Source: Octopus sinensis (taxonomy: Eukaryota). Taken from it: a DNA stretch of 64,000 bases. Below are positions 41,765 to 53,925 of the stretch, in pieces. The notes under the pieces are model-generated. The model was not told where the DNA came from. It saw nothing but the letters and a program-made list of their open reading frames with translations, and ran no database searches. A program made the translations under genes and the position numbers. Position 1 is the first letter of the stretch, and every line of letters starts with the position of its first letter. The stretch lies in assembly GCF_006345805.1 (NCBI RefSeq), contig NC_043009.1:55304001-55368000 (forward strand), in the 5' to 3' direction.

Positions 41765-42377
41765 TAAAATACACCCAAGACACTCTTTTAAGTGGTTGGC
41801 ATTAGGAAGGGCATCACGCCATAAAAACCATGTCACAATAGACAGTTTGAGTCTGGACAGCTCGTTGCTAGCAAGCTCTATGTCAAGCCATCTAACCCAT
41901 GCCAGCATGGAAAGAGAACACTAAACGATGATGATATCATCATCATCATCATCATCATCGTTTAACGTCCGTTTTCCGCGCTAGCACGGGTTGGACGGTT
42001 TGACCGGGGTCTGGGAAGCCAGAGGCCGCTCCAGGCTCCAGTCTGATCTGGCAGAGTTTCTACGGCTGGATGCCCTTCCTAACGCCAACCACTCCGCGAG
42101 TGGAGTGGGTGCTTTTTACGTGCCACCTGCACAGGGGCCGGGGGGTCCGGCATCGGTCACGATCGGTTCAAGCTTTTTTAGAGTTGAGTTGGGGGGGGTC
42201 TAGCTGAGAAAGGTTCCACCAGTGGAAAGAGAGGGAGAGATAGTGGGGGGGGTGCAGGTAATATAGGGAAGCACCAGTGGGGAAGGTTGGGTAAGGAGGA
42301 ACGATGACAAGGAAGGGTTGGTGCAGAAGAAATAAAAACGTAAGATATCACGAGACGGGGAGGGGACTGGAAGGAGA

Positions 42378-42414
<37 letters not shown>

Positions 42415-42701
42415 GGTATGTAGAAAAATACAACATGGACAAGAACGTATAACTCTTAGAAGACGATACAATAAACATGGACAGGACATTCGAACCCCTC
42501 AGTCTTCAGTCAAGAACCGGATCATCGTAGTAATTTCGGCTGATTAATCTTGAGATTACTAGATCACGGCCAGCCCTCCAAGAAAAACTAAGCAACGAGC
42601 ATTAGAAAAACTAAGCTGGAAGCGTAGATTTCCTGGAAGAAGGATCGAATGCATACGAACACCAGGACAGCAAAAGGGACATATATATACATATATATAT
42701 A

Positions 42702-42832
42702 CAGGGTGTCCCAAAAAAATGTATACACACCTTAAATAATTGTAAATTTGTTATTCTTTGTAAGCCTAGTACTTATTCTATCGTTCTCTTTTGCCGAACC
42801 ACTATGTGTATACATTTTTTTGGGACACCCTG
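42702..42832. mobile_element. Tc1/mariner-type MITE with an internal SINE fragment
   Basis: Perfect 28-bp TIRs CAGGGTGTCCCAAAAAAATGTATACACA; TA on both flanks. Confidence 0.8.
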
Positions 42833-43496
42833 TATATATACTATTTTTTTGAAGCTGTTGAATTTGTTCCAGTTTATAAGATTTGCTTTCTAAATCATTT
42901 GACATGAGCTGGAGGCGTTGTTTAATTTTTGTATTTGTTTCATAATGCTTAATGAAACAGTTTAAAGTTTTCTAAATTATCCAACAGTGTCTCTACTTCC
43001 TTGCTGTAACAGAGACTCTACTGCGTTGTTCTGTTTGTCCTTTGTATTTGATAGTTGATTCTGCTTTCTTAATGCTTAACTAATCTTTTCTTATCTTACT
43101 TATAATTAAAAGCAATGTGTTTCACATTGGTCGCACTGGCATGGGGAAGCTAAAACAACAAACAGAGTGGGAGTGAGTAACGGTCAGAGATACTCAATGC
43201 TGACAAACTGAAGTGAGAGATTTTATGCAGAAGTTGTGTAAACTTTTATTGTAAATAACATTTACTTCAAAAATTTCACTCAACTATATAATATATAAAT
43301 ATATATGAAATTATTTATTATGCTCATGTTTTCAAAGTATCAATCATATAAAGTTTATATATATTTCTAAATTCAGTGAAGCAATTAGCTGAACCCTAAT
43401 TATAATTATGTTTATAATTATAAAATATTTGTATATATATGAGTACTCTTTTACCCACCTTGTTTCACATTTATGTGCTTACTGTGGTATATATGT

Positions 43497-43527
<31 letters not shown>

Positions 43528-43596
43528 GACCTCATGTATACTGTTGGCGATTTTTTTCCCTCTGTCTTCCCTTCTCTGGATCTTTCCTTCTCCTAT

Positions 43597-43631
43597 GTTT
43601 CCGACGAAGAGCTCCGCTCAAAACGTTAAAC
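43597..43631 (+). ncRNA. Degenerate minimal hammerhead motif
   Basis: GTTT-CCGACGA-A-GAGC(tcc)GCTC-AAAA-CG-TT-AAAC; G12 lost, consistent with CpG decay. Confidence 0.55.
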
Positions 43632-43720
43632 CCTCCTTCTTTCCTGAGCATCCAATAATACTATATTTGTTCCATGTCCTCGCGTTGTTGTGTTTTTTTT
43701 GTGCTTTCTTGTTTGGATTA

Positions 43721-43756
<36 letters not shown>

Positions 43757-43864
43757 CATACATACTCAATCCAAACAAGAACAAGCAAGAAAAATCAACA
43801 ACATGAGGACATGGAACAAGTACTGTGTTATTGGATACTCAGGAAAGCAAAGAAAAGAAAGAGG

Positions 43865-43899
43865 ATTTCACATTTCAAGCAGAGCTCTTCATCAGAAAT
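43865..43899 (-). ncRNA. Degenerate minimal hammerhead motif (inverted partner of 43597-43631)
   Basis: ATTT-CTGATGA-A-GAGC(tct)GCTT-GAAA-TG-TG-AAAT. Confidence 0.55.
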
Positions 43900-44779
43900 A
43901 TAGAAAAAGTCCAGAAATATAGAAAAAGAAAATCGCCAACGATACACACACGGTCACATATTGAAGTGACTCAGTGAAAGGGAATGAGTGAAGAAAAAGT
44001 TCCTTCTAAGACAGGAAAGTGCAAGAGAAGGAAGTATGTGTGTATGTGTGGGTATGTCCATGAGCACAGGCCTGTGTGTGTGTGTGTGTAATGACTGAAC
44101 ATGTATGTGCGTGTGTGTGTGTGTGGTTGTGGCTGTTTATATATGTGTGTGGTTGGACTAGTGTAGCTTAAGGTCATAGGAAGAATTTATAGTAAGAATT
44201 TTATGTAGGAGTGGCTGTCTGTTGTGTGTCTCCCTACACATGTGCGTAGGAGAATGGTCAGCAGAAAGGTGTTTAACTGGTAGTTTGAAGTATGTGTCTG
44301 TGCGTATATGTATATGCTGTGTGTGTGTGTGTTTTGTGTGCAGCGTATGTCTGTGTATGCGTGAGGTTTGTGGGGGTTGTGTCTGTGAAGTAAATGTAAG
44401 TTACTCTGTGTGTGTGTGTGTACAAGTGTGTGGTTATACAGACACACATATGTATATATTATACATTTACATACATATATATATATATTATATATATATA
44501 TATACAAATGTGTATATATAAACCATAACAGGTGGTATGACAGGTGAATATATTTTTAATCACATGACATCTTTAGGGTTACAACCATTTCACAACCTTC
44601 TTCGTGTAGTATTAATTTGTGTGTGAAAGGAATTATGCTTACATGTCTGCATTAACATGTGTGCTTCACATTATACAATTGTGTATTCACAAATCAATGG
44701 AAATAAAGAAAGCTATCTCATGAGATCACTAATACATCATGGTTACACCAGAGATCAACATGGTATGTATATATGTATG

Positions 44780-45011
44780 AAGGCGGCGAGCTGGCAGAAA
44801 TGTTAGCACACCGGGCGAAATGTGTAGCCGTATTTCGTCTGTTGTTACGTTGTGAGTTCAAATTCCGCCAAGGTCGACTTTGCCTTTCATCCTTTCGGGG
44901 TCGATAAATTAAGTACCAGTTACGCACTGGGGTCAATGCAATCGACTTAATACCTATGTCTGTCCTTGTTTGTCCCCTCTATGTTTAGCCCCTTGTGGGT
45001 AATTAAGAAAT
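44780..45011 (+). mobile_element. tRNA-derived SINE family B (about 230 bp), representative copy
   Basis: GGCGGCGAGCTGGCAGAA...GAGTTCAAATTCC...GGGGTCGATAAATTAAGTACCAG. Other copies at about 9880-10070, 18008-18140, 33190-34140 (cluster), 36975-37207, 47552-47781, 52535-52768(-), 57130-57260(-). Confidence 0.9.
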
Positions 45012-45647
45012 ATATGTGTGTTTGTTTTATCTCCTTGCCTCAACATTGGGCAGCAGTTTTAAACATGTGGCATTATCATGCAAGTGGTCTTTTCTTTGCT
45101 TCCAATCTTCCATGTAATCACGTGAGGGCATGGATGCCAATTCCTGTCGCCAACCCTCACCTGAGAGCAGGTGAAGGTCAGCAATAGGAATGGCATCCGG
45201 CTCTACAAAATCTGTCTGATCTATGTGAGCTTGGAAAAGCAGATGTTTCATATATACACTCTCTACTCTTTTACTTGTTTCAGTCATTTGACTGCGGCCA
45301 TGCTGGAGCACCGCCTTTTAGTCGAGCAAATCGACCCCAGGACATATTCTTTGTAAGCCTAGTACTTATTCTATCGGTCTCTTTTGCCGAACTGCTAAGT
45401 AACGGGGACGTAAACACTCCAGCATCGGTTGTCAAGCGATGTTGGGGGGACAAACACAGACACACATATATACATATAGATATATATACACAACAGGCTT
45501 CTTTCAGTTTCCGTCTACCAAATCCACTCACAAGGCTTTGGTCAGCCCGAGGCTATAGTAGAAGACACTTTCACAAGGTGCCATGCAGTGGGACTGAACC
45601 CGGAACCGTGTGGTTGGTAAGCAAGCTACTTACCACACAGCCACTCC

Positions 45648-46350
45648 AATATAAATTGTGCTGGACATGAGCGATCGTTGTATTCTTTCTTGACTTGAAG
45701 TTTGCAGCCAAACGGCTGGGTGGATTCACGTGGAAAATGGCACACATGTGGAGACGGGTGCATACATGGGAATGCGGTTTGTATTTTTTTCCTAGCCCTC
45801 ATACTTACCGAGAAAATCGATTAAAATTTTTCTAATGGATTTCCTGTTTGTTCCACCATTAAAACAACCAGTTGCTCACACAGCCGGCATATACCATTTC
45901 TCTAGCAACAAGGTGAGTACAGGATGACAGTCAGCCAAAACTTTTGCTATGCTGTCTCTCTTCTTCTCTCTCACATACACACACGCAAGCATGCACGCAC
46001 ACACACACACATCCATTTCATATATCTTCTTTCAATTTCTGCTCTTTGCAAATAAAATTTTTACGGATACAACTGCTTACAAAAATAGGGATTAATGTAT
46101 AATTTCTTTCTACGTTCATAATTAAATCAATGTTTTAATGATTAGACAGAGGCCCAATAGAATAGCTCTCAGAAACAGACTACATACAAATTCTTTCTTC
46201 ACAACTCCTAAAGCTGTTTTCTGACAAGGGTGAGGCTCCAATCAAAACATGGGACCCGAAATGATAAGGTTGAGAAACGCTGTTATAGATTAGGCCTAAC
46301 CGAAAACAATCACAGCCACATCATCCAAACAGACCGGGCTTAGCTGCTAG
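45648..46350 (+). mobile_element. Probable non-autonomous Helitron-like element
   Basis: 3' end ...ACCGGGCTTAGCTGCTAG|T (CTRR terminus with decayed subterminal hairpin); AAACGGCTGGGTGGATT..TGGCACACATG near the 5' part; 5' boundary uncertain. Confidence 0.45.
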
Positions 46351-46378
46351 TATATATATATATACATATATATATTAC

Positions 46379-46884
46379 ATGGAAAAACATGAGCATGAAA
46401 AGTTATATTCTTAAGATTATAAACATGGAAAAGTACAGGACAAATTATTACACCTGTAAATGTATAGGACAAGCTATTACTTCTTGTAAAGTAAAGAATA
46501 AGAAACTTTTTACTTAAAATATTGCAACAAAGAATGCCAGTTCTTCTAATTTATCAATCTTTACAGTTCTCATCTTTTAAATTTATTGTACAAAACTGTT
46601 CAGCTAATTTGTAAGTTTGTCTAATTAGTCACTTTTTTCTGTATTTAAGGAAGTAAATTAGCCAAATTCTACTTAAATAAGTATAATGTTATTTGTAAAC
46701 TATAATAAAATAATTTATAATATTCAAATTTTAATTTTAGCTGCAATATTTTAAGTAAAAAGTTTCTTATTCTTTACTAGAAGTAATAGCTTGTCCTATA
46801 CTTTTACAGGTGTAGTAACTTGTCCTGTACTTTTCCATGTTTATAGTCTTAAGAATATAACTTTTCATGCTCGCATTTTACCAT
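46379..46884. repeat. Inverted repeat, arms of about 145 bp, spacer of about 215 bp
   Basis: 46379-46526 versus 46742-46884. Confidence 0.9.
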
Positions 46885-48334
46885 CATCTAGCATAAACCT
46901 GCCTCCCTCAATACTAAAACCTCTTATTTGAGGGTGTGTAGTGCTAGTGACATCATTAATGCTGGTGCTACATAAAAGGCACCTGGTGCAAACTGTAAAG
47001 TGGTTGACCTTACAAAGGGCATCCACTAGAAGAAACCATGGCAAAGAAAACAGTAGAGCATGGCACAGGCTTCTGGTTTGTTGGTTCCTGTCAAACCATC
47101 CAGCATATACTAGTACAGAAAAGCAGATGTTAAATGGTGATGATGATGATGATGATGACGATGAAAACTAAATAACAAATAACATAAAAAGGGATAAAAA
47201 TTCAACACTTTTTTTATTCATAAAAATAAAAATATTTCTTTTTATAAGATTTAATATTGGTGGTGAATTTTTGCTAAAAAAAATATTCTAATGAAGAAAC
47301 ATCATTAATTGTATGAAACAAAACATCTTTTATTCCAATGATTTCTTCCAAAATCCACAGCTCACTATCCATCGTTGAATTTCTCTTTTTAGGTATTCTA
47401 AATTATGCTGTGTCCTATATAATCACGTATGTTATCCAATTAATCATGTTGCTGATTAATGTACAATATGCAAATTAGTTATACACTGATATGCTACCAT
47501 TACACACACACACACACACACATAAATATATACACAAAGGTACAACAAATTAAGGCGGTGAGCTGGCAGAATCGTTAGCATGCCGGGCGAAATGCTTTGC
47601 GGTATTTCGTCCGCCGCTGCATTCTGAGTTCAAATTCCGCTGAGGTCGACTTTGCCTTTCATCCTTTCGGGGTCGATAAATTAAGTATCAGTTACGCACT
47701 GGGGTTGATGTAATCGACTTAATCCGTTTGTCTGTCCTTGTTTGTCCCCTCTGTGTTTAGCCCCTTGTGGGTAGTAAAGAGATACAAAGGTACAACACAC
47801 ACCTTCCAGACACTGATGGTCTAGAACCTCTTATAATCTGCATTAATTTATGAGCAGGAACCTCAAATTCCCGCAGCCAACAGACAAATTTACTGTGTGG
47901 CCCTGTTTCAAAGTACCTTGTGCAGTACAGCATTAATAAAATTGTATCATCATCATCTTTTAGCGTCCATTTTCCATAGTTACATTAATATTTATTTAAT
48001 TTAGAGGTGACCAGCCTTAGTTTGAGAAAATCAATAATCTGGAAAGGTCTTGGAATGGAAGGTTCCAGAAATTGATGTGTGTGTATGTGTGTCTGTGTGT
48101 GTGTTTGTGTGTGCATGCGCATGTATTCTTAATTATTTTACTGTTTATTTAAAAGAAAAATAAGAGCTTTCCACTTTGTCTGCAATCATCGCAGATGAGG
48201 CTTTCAAATAAATAACTAGATTTATGCACATTAGCCAAGTTTCATATATTCTATGTCCAGCCAATCTCTCATATCACTGATTTTGTGTTATCACAGTTTC
48301 ATTTAAAAATATTACATGCTTTTTTTTAATAATT

Positions 48335-48340
48335 TTTATT
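48335..48340 (-). promoter_or_regulatory. Candidate AATAAA polyadenylation signal of CARS2
   Basis: AATAAA on the minus strand about 250 nt after the stop; AT-rich context makes it weak evidence. Confidence 0.35.
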
Positions 48341-48593
48341 TCAATTTATGCATTTCTTCTTCTGTCTTGCCACTTCTATTAATATTCGATTCACATCTAG
48401 GATGCTTTATAGGAAAATTTAAATCAATTCCAAGATCTGACAGGTACTTTACCTGGAAGGTAAAAAAAATAAAAACCCAATGGAAGGATGAAAAAAAAAA
48501 AATCTGGATACCAGGTTTAACAGCAGAATGTGCAGGGTCATAAACTCCACACTGCAAATTTTTTGTTTGTCTGAAGATCAAATGCTCAACTTC

Positions 48594-48653
48594 TTAATTT
48601 TCATTTTTCTTTTTCTTTGTCACAATTTTCCATGAAGAGTCATCTCGATAATC
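48594..48653 (-). CDS. CARS2: CysRS terminal coding exon (DYRDDSSWKIVTKKKKNEN*)
   Basis: tttttatag acceptor; conserved D...W then a stop. The short C-terminus without the cytosolic extension argues for the mitochondrial enzyme. Confidence 0.85.
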   Translation of the reverse strand, partial: DYRDDSSWKIVTKKKKNEN

Positions 48654-50739
48654 CTATAAAAAGAAAAATGAAAGAACTTCTAAATATAGGATGAAATTAT
48701 TGTTAAATAGGGAGCATTACTTTTATCAGTAATTAAACACATACAATGAATATTTTTAATATTATGTTGTTCAAGGCGGCAGGCTGGTAGAATCGTTATG
48801 ACACCAGGCAAAATGCATACTAGCATTTTGTTCATCTTTAGGTTCGGAGTTCAAATTTTGCCAAGGTTGACTTTACTTTTCATACTTTTGAAAATCGAGT
48901 TGATGTAATCGACTTAACCTCTCTCCCCAAATTTGACTTGACAGCCAGTGTTGATGTGTTTACATCCTGCAACTTAGTGGTTCAGCAAAAGAGACCAATA
49001 GAATAAGTACCAGGCTTTACAAAAAATAATAAGTACTGGGATTGATTTTTCAACTAAAATTCTTCAAGGTAGTACCCTGGCATGGCTGCAGTCTAATGAC
49101 TGGAACAAGTAAAGATAGCTGTTACCTCTTACTTTGAGGAAAGACTTCACAATATTTAGCCATAAATAAAAAAAAATAACTCAAATTTGACCCAATGGGT
49201 CGTAGGAGTAGCTGTGTGGTAAGTAACTTGCTTACAAACCACATGGTTCAGGGTTTAGTCCCACTGCGTGGCACCTTGGGTAAGTGTCTTCTACTGTAGC
49301 CTTGGGCTGACCAAAGCCTTGTGAGTGGATTTGGTAGACAGAAACTGAAAGAAACCCGTCGTATATGTATGTTTGTGTGTCTGTGCTTCCCCACCCCACC
49401 CAACATCACTTGACAACTGATGATGGTGTGTTTACGTCCCCGTAACTTAGCTGTTCAGAAAAAGAGACTGATACAATAAGTACTATTTTTTCAAAGAATA
49501 AGTGCTGGGGTCGATTTGCTCGACTAAAGGCGGTGCTCCAGCATGGCCACAGTCAAATGACTGAAACAAGTAAAAAAGTAAAGAGAATGAAATTTTGCTT
49601 GAAATTAGATAAAGGCTAGATTTGAACTCAGAACTCAAAGAGCTGGAACAAATACTGCAAAGTATACTGTATGTGGATCTAACAATTCTACTAGTTCACC
49701 ATATTTGTTTGGTACTTTTTTATTGACTTTGGAAAGTTGAAAGGCAAAGCTAACCTTGGCAGGATTTGAAAATAAGTACACTAGAATAAATATTCCAAGG
49801 TCTTTTGCCCAGTGCTCTAACAACTCAGCCAATTCACCATATGGTATCATTACCATTGCCCCTACTATAACCATCATTGTAATCGTTTTCACATCCACAT
49901 TTTTGTTTGTACAGGTGGAAGGAATTCACTGAGGTTAAATGCCATTTCTGTTGTCAACCCCCACTTGTTTCCAAGTGAGGTAATATTTTCCAATGGCTGA
50001 GGCAATGACAAAAAACTGAGACCTCTGTAGATATGCTGTGATTGAGAAGACCTGGCAAGTAAAGTGAGATCACAGCTGTAGCCTACACCAGTGTCACATC
50101 ACCAGCCCATTTAAAAAGTACCTTTGAATCGTCGGGTGACATGCCATGCTTGAGAAGACCGATTAAGTGAAGTAAATCAAAATTAAAATCAAATCAAATC
50201 AAATCACAATCAAATGGAAATTGTAGTTGTGGCCGATGCCAGTTCTGCTTGACTGGCTCCCATACTGGCACGCAATAAGCACCATTCATGCATGGGTTGT
50301 TGCCAGTGCCGCCTGACTGGCTCCCCATGCTGGTGGTATGTAAAAAGCATCATCCAAATGTGGTCGATGCCAGCTTCCACCGCCCTGACTGGCTCCTGAG
50401 CTGGTAACACATAAAAAGCACCATCCAAATGTGGCCAATGCCAGTGCTGCCTGACTGGCACCTGTGCCGGTGGCATGTAAAAAGCACCCACTTGTTATAC
50501 CCAACTTTGTAGGGAATAAATCAATGTTGTAGCTTTCAAATGATGCCACCCAGCTGGCTAGGCAAGTAGGCTCATATACACACACACACTAGGCTTCTTT
50601 TAGTTTCCGTCTAATGAATTCATGTTATAAGACTTCGGTTGGCCTGTTCAAGTTGGGATTGCACCCAAAACCACATGGCTGGCAAATGAACACCTTAACC
50701 ACATAGTCACCCATGCCTGATGTAAACAATCAATCTTAC

Positions 50740-50858
50740 AATTATTTGTATATCCATGGCTGCAAATTCTTTACGAATATCATCAGAAGAAGAAATTAGA
50801 GGTTGGAGAGCTTGGAATTTTACTTTCTTCTTTTCTTTCTTGTTGAGATCTTCATAAT
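50740..50858 (-). CDS. CARS2: CysRS exon (DYEDLNKKEKKKVKFQALQPLISSSDDIRKEFAAMDIQII)
   Basis: ttccag/gtaaga boundaries; 119 nt; SDxIR motif of the CysRS C-terminus. Confidence 0.88.
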
Positions 50859-51082
50859 CTGGAATGAAACAAAGAAGGAATTTGGTCATGTCTAACAAAC
50901 AAGAGTATTTCAATGAATTTTAAAATAGATTGTAACAGACATGAAAATATAAAATGTTTAAGGGTGGTGGGTGAAATTAGAGATAAATTCATGGGTCACA
51001 GACAATAAACCACCTTTCTTAAGGTATGATCTACTGATGATTCTTGTTTTTTTTTGTTTCTATTTAAGTTGTTAATGATAAC

Positions 51083-51695
51083 AGTGGTGGTGGTTGTGAA
51101 GGTTGTGGTGATGGTGGTGGTAAGTGATAGTGTGGTAGTAGTGGTCATAGTAATGGTGGTGGTGGTGGTAGTGATGAATATAGTGATGATTGTAGTAATG
51201 GTAATAGTGGTGGTGGTTGTGAAGGCTGTAGTGATGGTGGTCATAAGTGATAGTGTGGTAGTAGTGGTCATAGTAATGGTGGTGGTGGTGGTAGTAGTGA
51301 TGAATATAGTGATGATTGTAGTAATGGTAATAGTGGTGGTGGTGGTTGTGACGGTTGTGGTAAGTGATAGTGTGGTAGTAGTGGTCATAGTAATGGTGGT
51401 GGTGGTAGCGGTAGTGATGAATATAGTGATGGTTATTGTGATGGTGATAGCAGTGGTAGTTGTGATGGTGACTGGCCGTGAAGGTTGTGGTGGTGAGTGG
51501 TGATAGTAATAGTGATGGTAGTAGTGGTAGTGATAGCCGTGGTGGTTGTGATGGTGGTAGTGGCTGTAGTTTAGATGGACGTAATGAATATAGTGATGAT
51601 TGTAGTGATGGTGGTAGTAGTTGTGATACTGATGGTGGTGCTGGTGGTTGTAATAGTGATAGTGGTATTGGTGGTGGTGGTGGTAGTGATGATGA
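51083..51695. repeat. GTG/GTA-rich low-complexity tract with three tandem units of about 120 bp
   Basis: GTAAGTGATAGTGTGGTAGTAGTGGTCATAGTAATGG-like block recurs at about 51120, 51243 and 51360. Confidence 0.85.
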
Positions 51696-51734
51696 AAGTC
51701 ATTAAAGTAGGGGTGGCAGTGATAAATTACTTAC

Positions 51735-51858
51735 CTTTCCCAAACGACATATCTTCATGAGGGCTTAGAATAAACTGTCGAATTTTGTTCCTGTATTTCA
51801 CTGTACTGTCAATGACTTGAGACAGTTGTAGATCACTGCCGGACTCTGCCTGCTGCTG
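51735..51858 (-). CDS. CARS2: CysRS exon (QQQAESGSDLQLSQVIDSTVKYRNKIRQFILSPHEDMSFGK)
   Basis: Tandem CAG acceptor, so the start could be 51858, 51855, 51852 or 51849; G/gtaagt donor; YRNKIRQF resembles the CysRS FRxxVR motif. Confidence 0.85.
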
Positions 51859-52975
51859 CTGCAAGAGATACAAGACAGGGTACATACAGGTGGGTATCTT
51901 TAAATGGGGTACACAACAAAAATTTCTTGCATCAGCATAGGCCTAAGTGTGGCTGACTGGTAAGAAGTTTGCTTCCCAGCCACATGGTTTTGAGTTCCGT
52001 CCCACTACATAGCACCCTTGAGCCAATGAAGGCCTTGTGAGTGGAACTGATAGATGGAAACTGAAAGAAGCCCTATGTGTGTGTGTGTGTGTGTGTATAG
52101 ATATAGGCACCTGGGCTGGTGACATGCAAAAGATACCCAGTACACTTTATGGAGTGGTTGGCATTAGGAAGGGCATCCAGCCATAGAAATGAAGTGGTCA
52201 AAACAGACTGGAGCCTGGTGCAGCTCTCTGGCTTACCAGTCCCAGTTAAACCATCTTACCCATGCTAGCATGGAAAATGGGCACTAAATGATGATGATGA
52301 CATGTGCGTGTGTGTGTATGAGATTGTCTTCTTGCCTTGACATCAAATGACAGATGTAAACAAGTGTCACCATCATGCAAGTGGTGTCGACTTGAAATGA
52401 AGGACAACGCTTATATGACAGTGATGCTCATTTACAACTATGAAGTGATGTCTAGACAAAGAGACGGTAAAACATATACACACACAGTGAGATTCTTCCA
52501 GTTTGCATCTACCAAATCCACTCACAAGGTTTTTATTTATTTCTTTATTGCCCACAAGGGGCTAAACACAGAGGGGACAAACGAGGACAGACAAAGGGAT
52601 TAAGTCGACTACATCGACCCCAGTGCGTAAATGGTACTTAATTTATCGACCCCGATAGGATGAAAGGCAAAGTCGACCTTGGCAGAATTTGAGCTCAGAA
52701 CGTAACGACAGAAATACCGCTAAGCATTTCACCCAACATGTTAACGTTTCTGCCAGTTGGCCGCCTTATGCCAGGCTTGTGAGTTTTTGTAAGGCGGCGA
52801 GCTGGCAGAAACGTTAGCATGCCACCTTGGTGGAATTTGAACTCAGAACACAAAGATGGATGAAATGTTGCTAAGCATTTTGCCCAGCATGCAAACAGTT
52901 CTGACAGCTTGCCACCTTTATAAAAAATATTAAAATATTACAGAAATATAATGAAATATTACAGAAGGCATTTAC

Positions 52976-53077
52976 CGTTTGTTTACCAAAGTTTATACCA
53001 AAACTCTGCAGTAATTCAGAAACATACATAGCTGCAACTGCAACAGCAACAGTACTGCGACTGGAACATGACGGGTC
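52976..53077 (-). CDS. CARS2: CysRS exon (DPSCSSRSTVAVAVAAMYVSELLQSFGINFGKQT)
   Basis: tctcag/gtaaat boundaries; 102 nt, phase 0/0. Confidence 0.85.
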
Positions 53078-53384
53078 CTGAGATACAAAAGAATCAGAGA
53101 TTACTATGAAGTAGATCAAAGGAGGATAGCTTATTAGAACAGAAGATTTCTTATAGTAATTTCATTTTGGAACAAGTCCACAAATTTTGGGTGTAGGGCT
53201 ATAAGTTAGCTTCCTGTAGTTAGTAAGGTCTTTGAATCCATTATTATCATGGCTTTGATCGGGTACCTGGAATCTTCTGGTATTTTTTCTGATTTTCAAT
53301 ATGGTTTTCATGCATCTAGGTCTGCTCTTGATGTTCTCACTATCATATCTTACCATTTCTATCATTCACTAAGCTCTTCCAGTG

Positions 53385-53925
53385 AAGTTACTCATTGATC
53401 TTGATATCTCAAAGGCTTTTGACAGAGTGTGACATGTTGGCCTGACCCATTAGTTCAGAGGCTATGGTATGTCTAGGTCTTTCCTTAACATCATCAAATC
53501 ATTTCTTTCAAATTGCAGAATCAATGTGGTTCTTGATGGCCAGAAGACAAATTCATATACTATCAATGCTAAAGTGTCTCAAAATTCTTTACTTGGTCCT
53601 ACTATTTTTCTCTTTTCCATCAATGACATTCCAGATCATATTTCTAAACTTGCCCTCTATGCCAATGATACCAATCTAATCATGTCATAACAAAACTAGT
53701 AGCCTTGATTGGTATGTTTTCTTTGAGAATAATCTTTGTGTCGTCATGGAAATGGTTAGTGACTGACTGGCAAGACAAAGCTTTTGTCAGTTAGTCATCA
53801 CAGGCATCTACTCCTTTCCTTCATTGCTTATGGGCAGAGTTGGTCTTCCAGAAAGCTATGGTATCAGACTTCTTGGTTTGACTTTGACCAGGGGTCTCTT
53901 TCGGAATAAATATGTCCAGTCAAAA
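53385..53925 (+). mobile_element. Decayed CR1/L2/Jockey-group LINE RT fragment in a CARS2 intron
   Basis: LDISKAFDRV*H...VSQNSLLGPTIFLFSIND...LYANDT (decayed PQGSxLGP and YADD). Confidence 0.8.

Noticed and set aside
42411-42680. (TA)n-flanked unit with GGCTGG..TCAGCC-GAAA hairpin on the minus strand
   Set aside because: Probably the same element class, but no acceptable CUGANGA core or stem I, so not called an HHR.
50996-51760. Mucin-like Thr-rich and Val-rich ORFs
   Set aside because: Intronic low-complexity tandem tract between two in-phase CARS2 exons.
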